Shown: one piece after another, positions 35,364 through 43,300 of the stretch
How positions within the stretch are numbered: the stretch's first letter is position 1
How the letters are laid out: the number at the start of each line of letters is the position of its first letter
DNA from: Candidatus Hydrogenedentota bacterium
GTDB lineage: Bacteria > JBFMHD01
Assembly: GCA_040752395.1 (NCBI GenBank)
Contig: JBFMHD010000001.1
Span: 1-48,348 of the forward strand
Direction of reading: 5' to 3'
DNA length: 48,348 nt
Made by a program: the position numbers and the translations under genes
The notes under the pieces: generated by a model
What the model was told of the DNA's origin: nothing
What the model saw: only the letters and a program-made list of their open reading frames with translations
The model's database searches: none

Positions 35364-38300
35364 GATATTTTTCGATATTTTTATATCCCATATCTTTGAG
35401 AGTCAGAGCGTATTCATTGATCTGCTTTAGATCATCCTCAGATTCTTTTCCTGTCTTATAATCAATAACAACAATTCTGTCCGGGTAAATTATCACTCTA
35501 TCAGGCCGTATTTCTTTATCTTCAAGCAGTATTGAAGCTTCTGTTTTAATACTTAAACCTTCTTCAAACCAATCTTTTACCTTAATATTTTCAGAGGCTA
35601 TATTCATTAATTTTGTTATTTTATCGAGCAAGATGGGTTTTTCTTGTCTTTTTATAACCCCTGATAAGATAAATTCATCAATCGATTTTTCTATATCTTT
35701 TTCAAGTATTATTTTAGATAGTATTTGATGAATAATAAGACCTTTATCTATCCTTGTTTTTTTATCATCACTCTCAAGGTTCCATATCTCTTTTGCTTTT
35801 CTTGTTATAGTAAGTTTTGACCGCCATTCATTAAAAATGTATTCGTCAATTTCAATAGTCTGATAGAACTCTATATCTTTTTCTTTCATAGTAGGGGAGC
35901 CCATTATTAAAATGTTATCATATCGAGTAAAAAATTCATTATGTTTTTCAGAAATCATATAATTGTTAATCGTTTCAAATATTACTTTTGAGACTAAATC
36001 TTTTTTACTTGAAGGGTTTTCTAATAGTATGTATAGACGATCGATTGCTCGTGTAAATGCTACGTAGAGGAGATTTATATTATCAATATAACATTTCTTC
36101 AGTTCTTCATTATAAACATTAGCGAAATATGAATTTTCAATTTTAGAGGTCATATTGACTAAAAAATCAATATCTGCATTTTTTATTAGATTTTTATTAT
36201 TTTTTACCCAGATAAGATTCTGGATATAGCCCGATGTTTTTAAACCGAGTTTCCAGGTCGGGAATGGAATAATAACAATTGGGAATTGTAGTCCTTTTGC
36301 TTTATGTATTGTCATAATATTTATTGCGTCTTTACCCTTTGGTACAATTATGGATTGTTTATCTTTATTTTCATCCCACCAATCAAGGAATCCCGATATA
36401 GAGGTGTTATATTTCTCAGAATAACTATGAACAACTTCAAGGAGACCCACTAAATAGCCGTATCGGTCTCTTGTTTTTGATAGTTCAAATAGTTTGATTA
36501 TTTCTTCTAGAGTTTCTATGAGAGGTCGTTTGCCGCGGCACTCTACACTATTCAGTTTGTGTATTAATGTTGGTTCAATTTGTGGCAAGAGGTAACGCAT
36601 CTCAATAAGACTAATCTCCTCTTTTTTAGCAAGATATTTTAGTGAGCTTATGATAAATCTTATAATCGGGCTGTGATTTAATAAAAGAGAATCGGGCGAG
36701 ACCACCTCGATACCTTCATTAAAAAGTTTTTCTGCTATTATATTCCCATCTTTGTTTTCTCGAACAAGTATAGCTATATCTTTTTTACTATAGCCTTTTT
36801 TTTCATTTAAGATTTCTTTTAGAATTTTAACTAATTGATTGAGAATTTTCTCTTTAATATTATTTTTCTTTTCTTCTTCTTCTATAATATTAATCCGAAT
36901 ATAGCCACCGACTTCACCAGTGCCTTTTTGCGAGGCTGATTTATATAATTCTCTTAATCCATCTAAATGAGAAGGAGTGATTTGCTTTATAACGTCTGCA
37001 ATTTTTGCAAAGAAAAAGTTATTAAATTCAATAATATTTTCTCTGCTTCTATAGTTTGTCTCTAAATATTTTGCTTCAAATAGGTGGCTGAATAAATCAG
37101 GAACATTGTTTTCCATAATATTAACATCGCCTCCACGCCATCTGTATATCGCCTGTTTCGCATCGCCGACTGCGAGATTAAAATTATTATAACCAAGCGA
37201 GTTTTCTATTAAAGGATATAGATTATTCCATTGAAGATGCGAGGTATCCTGAAACTCGTCAATGAGATAATGCTGATATTTTTCACCTATCTTCCAGTAT
37301 ATAAAAGGCACTGTCTCTTTATCTATTATCTCATTGACTTTTTGATTAAAATCCGAGATAGGAATGACATTGTTTTCTTTTTTATAAACCTCGATTAAAT
37401 CTTTTACTTTACCGATGAGAGCTAATGAATAGATCGTTTGATGTATCTTATGAACACTGTTAAGTGTGATGGCGTCTTCTCTGAGTTTTTTAAGATAATT
37501 TATAAATTTTTTATTCTTTGGGTATCTATCTTTGTATTTCTGAGTTACATTGATGATGGTTTTATTTTCTAAAATTATCTCATAGATTCTGTTGATATCA
37601 TTAATCTCAGAGAGTTTCTTAATAAACTTACAAAAATTTTCCCCCAACACTCTATCCTTTATGGTTATATCTATATCCTTCGCCGTTTTCTGTATATTAC
37701 TAATCAAAGTTTGTTTTAAACTAAAGATATGATTGATAATATTTTTGAAGTTATCATTGGATAGTTTATAGATTTTTTTTAATGATTCTATACTGTTTTC
37801 ATCAAAAATTTTTTCTGAGACATTCATAATATCTTTTTCAAAATTCCAGGTATTTGATGTTTCAAGTTTGGATTCTATAAACTGTATTATAATATCTTTT
37901 ATATATTTATCTTTTGTGACCTGCTCAATAAGATTGTCAACAATTCTCTCTATAAGTAAATCTTTGTTCATATCTACCTCAAAATTAAAAGGGAGATTCA
38001 GTTCAAGAGAAAATGATTTAACAATCCTGTAGATGAAACTATCTATCGTGGTTATGGCAAAATCAGAATAATTATGCAGGATGTTTTTTAATACTTTTTG
38101 ACAATTAGATTTTATCGTATCAGGATCATCAATATTTAGTTCTTTTTTTAGATTTGTAAGAAGGTCGGTATCCTCGTTTCTTGCGAGTTTTTTTAATGTA
38201 GTTATTATTTTTTCCTTCATCTCATTAGCTGTTTTATTTGTAAAAGTAATCCCGAGTATGTTCTTATATTTTTCAGGGTTTTCTACAACAAGTTTGATAT

Positions 38301-38364
38301 ATTCTTTAACCAGGGTATAAGTCTTTCCAGAACCTGCTGAGGATTTGTATAAAATAAATGACAT
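35326..38364 (-). CDS. AddA-like UvrD/Rep superfamily 1 helicase with a C-terminal PD-(D/E)XK nuclease domain
   Basis: Walker A SAGSGKTYTL, DEFQDTS, GDAKQAIYRWRGG and TIHKAKGLQFP are present. The C-terminal nuclease motif is RPDRVIIY...VVIDYKTGK. Confidence 0.8.
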   Translation of the reverse strand: MSFILYKSSAGSGKTYTLVKEYIKLVVENPEKYKNILGITFTNKTANEMKEKIITTLKKLARNEDTDLLTNLKKELNIDDPDTIKSNCQKVLKNILHNYSDFAITTIDSFIYRIVKSFSLELNLPFNFEVDMNKDLLIERIVDNLIEQVTKDKYIKDIIIQFIESKLETSNTWNFEKDIMNVSEKIFDENSIESLKKIYKLSNDNFKNIINHIFSLKQTLISNIQKTAKDIDITIKDRVLGENFCKFIKKLSEINDINRIYEIILENKTIINVTQKYKDRYPKNKKFINYLKKLREDAITLNSVHKIHQTIYSLALIGKVKDLIEVYKKENNVIPISDFNQKVNEIIDKETVPFIYWKIGEKYQHYLIDEFQDTSHLQWNNLYPLIENSLGYNNFNLAVGDAKQAIYRWRGGDVNIMENNVPDLFSHLFEAKYLETNYRSRENIIEFNNFFFAKIADVIKQITPSHLDGLRELYKSASQKGTGEVGGYIRINIIEEEEKKNNIKEKILNQLVKILKEILNEKKGYSKKDIAILVRENKDGNIIAEKLFNEGIEVVSPDSLLLNHSPIIRFIISSLKYLAKKEEISLIEMRYLLPQIEPTLIHKLNSVECRGKRPLIETLEEIIKLFELSKTRDRYGYLVGLLEVVHSYSEKYNTSISGFLDWWDENKDKQSIIVPKGKDAINIMTIHKAKGLQFPIVIIPFPTWKLGLKTSGYIQNLIWVKNNKNLIKNADIDFLVNMTSKIENSYFANVYNEELKKCYIDNINLLYVAFTRAIDRLYILLENPSSKKDLVSKVIFETINNYMISEKHNEFFTRYDNILIMGSPTMKEKDIEFYQTIEIDEYIFNEWRSKLTITRKAKEIWNLESDDKKTRIDKGLIIHQILSKIILEKDIEKSIDEFILSGVIKRQEKPILLDKITKLMNIASENIKVKDWFEEGLSIKTEASILLEDKEIRPDRVIIYPDRIVVIDYKTGKESEDDLKQINEYALTLKDMGYKNIEKYLVYIEVEKIVRV

Positions 38365-38496
38365 AACAATATGATTTTATATTTATTAAAAATGTCAATT
38401 GAAATCGCAGAAAAGAGGTATTCCCTCAGTTCCTCAACCTAAACCTTAACTTTTCTTTTCCGTTATCTGTCTCCTGCTTCTTCATTCCCCCTATAA

Positions 38497-38593
38497 CTGA
38501 GAACGTGTGAAAAAATTAGACTTTTTCAGAAAATAGGGGCTGATAATAAAAGAGTTGCCCAGTATTAATGACGATTATTTCACACGTTCTGAG
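38497..38593. repeat. 16-bp inverted repeat pair enclosing a 65-nt spacer
   Basis: CTGAGAACGTGTGAAA (38497-38512) pairs with TTTCACACGTTCTGAG (38578-38593), complementary at 15 of 16 positions. Confidence 0.7.
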
Positions 38594-38627
38594 GCATAAC
38601 AAAAAAGAGGTCTCTGAAAAACTGAGG

Positions 38628-38656
38628 TTGACAATAAATTTATAAATATATTAAAT
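38628..38656 (+). promoter_or_regulatory. Candidate sigma70-type promoter upstream of mosaic repeat copy G and the SDR gene
   Basis: It reads TTGACA (38628-33), a 17-nt spacer, then TTAAAT (38651-56). If active, the whole ~290-nt repeat copy G would be transcribed as a 5' leader. Confidence 0.3.
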
Positions 38657-38692
38657 AATTATTTTGATAATCAAGAAGAGCTTATGTTCTTG

Positions 38693-38984
38693 CTTTTTCA
38701 GAAACTCATCAACTTTTTCGAAGGAGTCCTCATGAGCGCGGTTTGCGCTCTACACAACGTATGAAAAACTAAAGATGATATGGAAAAGAGTCGTGAGTCA
38801 AAACAGGACTCGAGACTCAAGACTCAAGACTCAAGACTTTTCAGCAGGCTCCGGGCTTCGGGCTCCAGCTGGCTGTAGTCCGTAGCCTGTAGCCTGTCCT
38901 GATACCTCTCACTTCTTCCGTTATCTTGCCTCTTGCTTCTATTTTGATATTATTAGAGTTACAGCGTTTTTCAGAGGATGATTA
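38693..38984 (+). repeat. Mosaic intergenic repeat, copy G (full-length reference copy)
   Basis: In order: TTTTTCGAAGGAGTC; CATGAGCGCGGTTTGCGCTCTACACAACGTATGAAAAAC; GAGTCGT GAGTCAA aacagga CTCGAGA (CTCAAGA)x3. Then GGCTCCG GGCTTCG GGCTCCA GCTGGCT GTAGTCC GTAGCCT GTAGCCT, CTTGCCTCTTGCTTCT, and the P module at 38945-79. The ATG is at 38985. Confidence 0.9.
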
Positions 38985-39947
38985 ATGAAAAGTGTATTGA
39001 TTACTGGTGGCGCAGGATTTATCGGAAGCCATTTGGCTGAATTTTATTTAAAACACAAATACAAAGTCATTGTTCTTGACGATTTATCCACAGGAAGTAT
39101 TGATAATGTTATTCATCTTAAGGGAGATAGAAATTTCAGTCTTATTATTGATTCTGTATTGAAGAATAAAATAATAAATGAACTTACAAAAAAGGTTGAT
39201 ATAGTGGTCCATTTAGCAGCAGCAGTGGGCGTTAATTATATTATAGATAATCCGCTAAAATCGCTGGAGATTAATATTGAGGGTACGGATAATATATTAA
39301 AAAGCTGTAATAAATACAAAAAGAAAGTGATGATAGCCTCGAGTTCTGAGGTTTACGGGAAGAATGAAAAAGTACCGTTTAGTGAAAAAGATAGCAGTGT
39401 CATAGGACCGATAACTATCTCGCGCTGGAGTTATGCCTGTTCTAAAGCGATTGATGAGTTTTTTGCACTCGCTTACTATAGAGAAAAAAATTTACCAGTT
39501 GTCATAATGCGTTTCTTTAATACCTGTGGGCCAAGACAGACAGGCAGATATGGTATGGTTATACCAAGATTTGTTAAACAGGCATTGACTAATAAACCAA
39601 TCACTATCTATGGCGACGGTAAACAGACCAGGTGTTTCTCTCATATATATGATGTTGTTAAATATGTTTATTCGCTCTCAATTGATGATAGAGCAAATGG
39701 CGAAATCTTTAATATAGGCAGTACCGAGAGAATAAAGATCGTGGATTTAGCAAAACTTGTAGTAAAGAGGGCTAATAGTAAATCAAGAATAACTTTTGTA
39801 CCATATGAAGATGCTTTTGAAAAGGGGTTTGAGGATATGAGGCACCGGGTACCAGATATCTCAAAAATAGTAAAACTTACAGGGTTTAAACATGAGAAAA
39901 GATTAACCGATATAATTGATGACGTTATAGAGTATTATAGAAGATAG
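38985..39947 (+). CDS. NAD-dependent nucleotide-sugar epimerase/dehydratase (extended SDR; UDP-glucuronate decarboxylase-like)
   Basis: GGAGFIGSH, the catalytic YxxxK (YACSKAI), RFFNTCGPRQ and GDGKQTRCF resemble UXS/ArnA-C-type SDRs. Confidence 0.8.
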   Translation: MKSVLITGGAGFIGSHLAEFYLKHKYKVIVLDDLSTGSIDNVIHLKGDRNFSLIIDSVLKNKIINELTKKVDIVVHLAAAVGVNYIIDNPLKSLEINIEGTDNILKSCNKYKKKVMIASSSEVYGKNEKVPFSEKDSSVIGPITISRWSYACSKAIDEFFALAYYREKNLPVVIMRFFNTCGPRQTGRYGMVIPRFVKQALTNKPITIYGDGKQTRCFSHIYDVVKYVYSLSIDDRANGEIFNIGSTERIKIVDLAKLVVKRANSKSRITFVPYEDAFEKGFEDMRHRVPDISKIVKLTGFKHEKRLTDIIDDVIEYYRR

Positions 39948-39962
39948 AAGAGATAATATGTA

Positions 39963-40046
39963 GAGGCAAGATAACGAAAGAAGCAAGATTATCTTGCTTC
40001 TTGCTTCTACTTGATATTATTATAGTTACAGCGTTTTTCAGAGGAG
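39963..40046 (+). repeat. Mosaic repeat, copy H (inverted + direct CTTGCTTC word block forming a 12-bp-stem palindrome, then P module)
   Basis: AAGAAGCAAGAT t ATCTTGCTTCTT spans 39978-40002. The P module at 40012-40046 has 2 of 35 differences from copy A and lies 5 nt before the ATG at 40052. Confidence 0.9.
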
Positions 40047-40051
40047 TTGAT

Positions 40052-41332
40052 ATGCCCAAAAGATGGAAGACAGTCTCGGTTGTCGGCATGGGGTATGTGG
40101 GGTTACCATTAGCTGTTATTATTGCTAAGAAAGGTTATAAAGTATATGGGATTGACCTTGATCATACAAAGGTAAGAAAGATTAATAAGGGTATTAATTA
40201 TATCTCTGATGTAGATAATAATGATTTAAAAGAGGTTGTAAACCTGGGATTATTAAGGGCTTATGATAATTATAAACCAGTATCAAAATCTGATATTATA
40301 ATTATTGCAGTACCGACACCGATTGATAAAAATATGCAGCCTGATTTGTCCTGTGTTATCTCTGCGGCTTGTAATGTAGCTAAATATTTACGGAAAAATA
40401 CGGTGGTAGTACTTGAGAGCACAACTTTTCCAGGCACAACAGATGAGTTATTGAAACCCATATTAGAGAAGTCAGGCTTGGTTATCGGCAAAGATTTTTA
40501 TCTGGGGTTTTCGCCTGAGAGAGTGGATCCCGGTAACAAAGTCTATAAAATTGAGAATACACCCAAAATAATTAGCGGAATTACAAAAAGTTGTTTAAAA
40601 AGAATAAAAGAATTTTATGATACTATTATTGTTAAAACGATTCCTGTCTCGTCAACTAAAGTAGCTGAGATGGCCAAACTTCTTGAGAACATATATAGGA
40701 ACGTGAATATAGCACTTGTGAATGAAATAATGTTATTATGTGACAGGATGGGGATAGATATATGGGAGGTTATAGAAGCTGCTTGTACAAAACCATTTGG
40801 ATTTATGAAATTTAATCCTGGGCCTGGAGTTGGCGGGCATTGCATACCGATTGACCCGTTTTATTTATCCTACAAGGCTAAGGAACATAATTTTTTTACG
40901 AATTTTATTAATCTTTCAGCTGAGGTTAATGAAAACATCCCTTATTTTGTTGTTAATAAAATATTACGCGAGCTGGCAAAACGTGGTTTAACACCAAAGA
41001 GATCATCTGTGCTTGTTCTTGGTTTAACTTTTAAGAAGGATGTAGCGGATTTACGCCATTCACCAGCTTGTAAAATTATTGAGTTAATGTTACCTTATGG
41101 CTTTAGATTATTTATACATGACCCCTATTTTAAATCGGTATGTATAAAAGATAAAGAATTAAAAAGCGTTAATGATCCATATAACGTTGCTAATAAAGTA
41201 GATTTTATACTGATACTTACTGACCATAGTGTTTACAGATGGGATGATTTTGCAAGAAGAACAAAAGGGTTTGTATTTGATACAAGGAATGCGACAAAAA
41301 ATATAAAATCAAAAAAGATTGTTAAGTTGTAG
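40052..41332 (+). CDS. Nucleotide-sugar 6-dehydrogenase (UDP-glucose/GDP-mannose dehydrogenase family; WecC/TviB/WbpA-like)
   Basis: The N-terminal Rossmann motif VSVVGMGYVGLPLA and the catalytic Cys in GPGVGGHCIPIDP are present. The start is moved from the track's TTG at 40001, which lies inside the repeat, to the ATG at 40052 with a GGAG Shine-Dalgarno. Confidence 0.85.
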   Translation: MPKRWKTVSVVGMGYVGLPLAVIIAKKGYKVYGIDLDHTKVRKINKGINYISDVDNNDLKEVVNLGLLRAYDNYKPVSKSDIIIIAVPTPIDKNMQPDLSCVISAACNVAKYLRKNTVVVLESTTFPGTTDELLKPILEKSGLVIGKDFYLGFSPERVDPGNKVYKIENTPKIISGITKSCLKRIKEFYDTIIVKTIPVSSTKVAEMAKLLENIYRNVNIALVNEIMLLCDRMGIDIWEVIEAACTKPFGFMKFNPGPGVGGHCIPIDPFYLSYKAKEHNFFTNFINLSAEVNENIPYFVVNKILRELAKRGLTPKRSSVLVLGLTFKKDVADLRHSPACKIIELMLPYGFRLFIHDPYFKSVCIKDKELKSVNDPYNVANKVDFILILTDHSVYRWDDFARRTKGFVFDTRNATKNIKSKKIVKL

Positions 41333-41342
41333 GATGTGAAGT

Positions 41343-42434
41343 TTGATAACATTGTTTTTTTGTTTTTTAGTAATATTTTTTACAACATATATTTTTACAA
41401 TAATTCTTATACCGCTCATTATTAAACTATCATTGGCATCAGGAGCCATAGATAAACCTGGTTTAAGAAAGATTCATACGCATTCAAAACCGCGTCTTGG
41501 CGGTCTGGCTTTTTATTTTTCTTTCTGGGTGATTTTAAGTATATGCTGGATACTTGGGACCATTGTTGGCTGGACAGATTACAGTAATCATAAATTTCTT
41601 ACGAGTTTATTGATTGGGAGTTTTATAATATTTATTGTTGGATTATATGATGATATATTTTCTGGCGGGCCTTATATTAAATTAACAGCCCAGATAATAG
41701 GTAGTATTATTGTTATTTTAAGCGGGACACAGATTTATATGTTTATACCATATAAATTCATTGGGATAATTTTAACACTTATCTGGATAGTCGGTATAAC
41801 AAACTCGTTTAATCTTCTTGACAATATGGATGGCTTATCCGGTGGTTTAGGTGCTATCTGTTCTTTAATGATGTTTATTATGGGGATCCAGCAGGGCTCG
41901 GTTTTATTGATACTGATATCTGTTATATTTTGCGGGAGTATGGTTGGTTTTTTAAAATATAATTTTTATCCTTCAAAAATTTTTATGGGTGATTCCGGAA
42001 GTTATTTCATAGGATTTATTTTAAGTGTGATAAGCGTTGAAACAACTTACGTTATACCGGATATGAAAACTCCGATAGCGATTATTGCACCTCTTTTAAT
42101 TTTTTCTGTACCTATTTTTGATACTTTATCTGTAATATACATAAGAATAAGAGAAAAGAGACCTATATTTCGAGGTGATATGTCTCATTTTTCTCACAGA
42201 CTAACCGCTATTGGTATGACACAAAAACAGGCTGTATTATTCATATATCTTGTTTCATTTGTAATAGGGATAAGTGCTATTTTTTTACCCCATGTTAATT
42301 TTTATCAAGCTATAGTTCTTCTGGCTCAGGCTTGCACTATTTTTGCAATAATAGTTATACTGATGAGAACAGCAACAAATGTTGTTGAAAAGAATATTGG
42401 AAGAGATTTTGATGATTATTCAGAATATTATTAA
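41343..42434 (+). CDS. Polyprenyl-phosphate N-acetylhexosamine-1-phosphate transferase (glycosyltransferase family 4, WecA/MraY-like)
   Basis: It has 10-11 TM segments. NSFNLLDNMDGLSGG and FMGDSGSYFIGF are signature motifs. The start codon is TTG. Confidence 0.8.
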   Translation: MITLFFCFLVIFFTTYIFTIILIPLIIKLSLASGAIDKPGLRKIHTHSKPRLGGLAFYFSFWVILSICWILGTIVGWTDYSNHKFLTSLLIGSFIIFIVGLYDDIFSGGPYIKLTAQIIGSIIVILSGTQIYMFIPYKFIGIILTLIWIVGITNSFNLLDNMDGLSGGLGAICSLMMFIMGIQQGSVLLILISVIFCGSMVGFLKYNFYPSKIFMGDSGSYFIGFILSVISVETTYVIPDMKTPIAIIAPLLIFSVPIFDTLSVIYIRIREKRPIFRGDMSHFSHRLTAIGMTQKQAVLFIYLVSFVIGISAIFLPHVNFYQAIVLLAQACTIFAIIVILMRTATNVVEKNIGRDFDDYSEYY

Positions 42435-43290
42435 GTCAATAAGACTCTATCAATTTCATAAAAATATTATTATTTTTGCACCACTCTTTTTTGCCAATCA
42501 ACTTTTTAATTTAGAAAAAGTGTTATTGGTTCTGATCGCATTTATTATATTTATTTTAGCAAGTGGAGCTATATACATAATAAATGATATAAAAGACAAA
42601 AATAGAGATATTCTTCATCCTATTAAAAAAGATAGGCCGATCGCATCAGGCAGCCTTCGGATAACCTATGCCATTGTTATTGTTATAGTGTTATCAATTT
42701 TAGTTTTTTTTATTTCTTACAGGGCTTTAAGGCCAGACTTCTTTTATATTATACTTAGCTATTATTTATTAATGTTGTTTTACACTCTCAGTGGCAGGGA
42801 TATGGCTATTATTGATGTACTCGTGGTATCTTGTGGTTATGTATTAAGGGTATTAGCTGGTGTTGTTGTAATTAGTGTTGAGATATCTCCATGGTTAGTT
42901 ATCTGCACGTTTTTTGCCGCAAACATACTTCTTTTAGGAAAACGATATTCTGAAATAGAAATTATTGATAGAATGAAAGCGATGGAGTATCGGGCTGTCT
43001 TTAAAGTCTATGATGAAAATTTATTACAGCAATTTCTGAATATTAACTACAGTTGTGCCATTTTATCATATTGTTTATATACTATTTCAGGAAGGACCAT
43101 AGAGGTTCATCATACAAAATATCTTTATCTTACTATCCCATTTGTTATATATGGTATTATCAGATTTCAATATCTTTTGAAAAATACCAGATTATTAAAA
43201 GAACCAGAACTTTTTTTCTTAAAAGATAAATATAGTTTAGCGAATATTATATTATGGCTGTTATCGTTTTATATTATATCGAGGTTTTGA
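42412..43290 (+). CDS. UbiA-family prenyltransferase, decaprenyl-phosphate phosphoribosyltransferase-like
   Basis: YIINDIKDKNRDILHPIKKDRPIASG (NDxxDxxxD plus HPxKxxRPxASG) is present in a polytopic membrane protein. The start is taken at MIIQNII (42412) and overlaps the GT4 gene end. Confidence 0.75.
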   Translation: MIIQNIIKSIRLYQFHKNIIIFAPLFFANQLFNLEKVLLVLIAFIIFILASGAIYIINDIKDKNRDILHPIKKDRPIASGSLRITYAIVIVIVLSILVFFISYRALRPDFFYIILSYYLLMLFYTLSGRDMAIIDVLVVSCGYVLRVLAGVVVISVEISPWLVICTFFAANILLLGKRYSEIEIIDRMKAMEYRAVFKVYDENLLQQFLNINYSCAILSYCLYTISGRTIEVHHTKYLYLTIPFVIYGIIRFQYLLKNTRLLKEPELFFLKDKYSLANIILWLLSFYIISRF

Positions 43291-43300
43291 GGTTTTCAAG

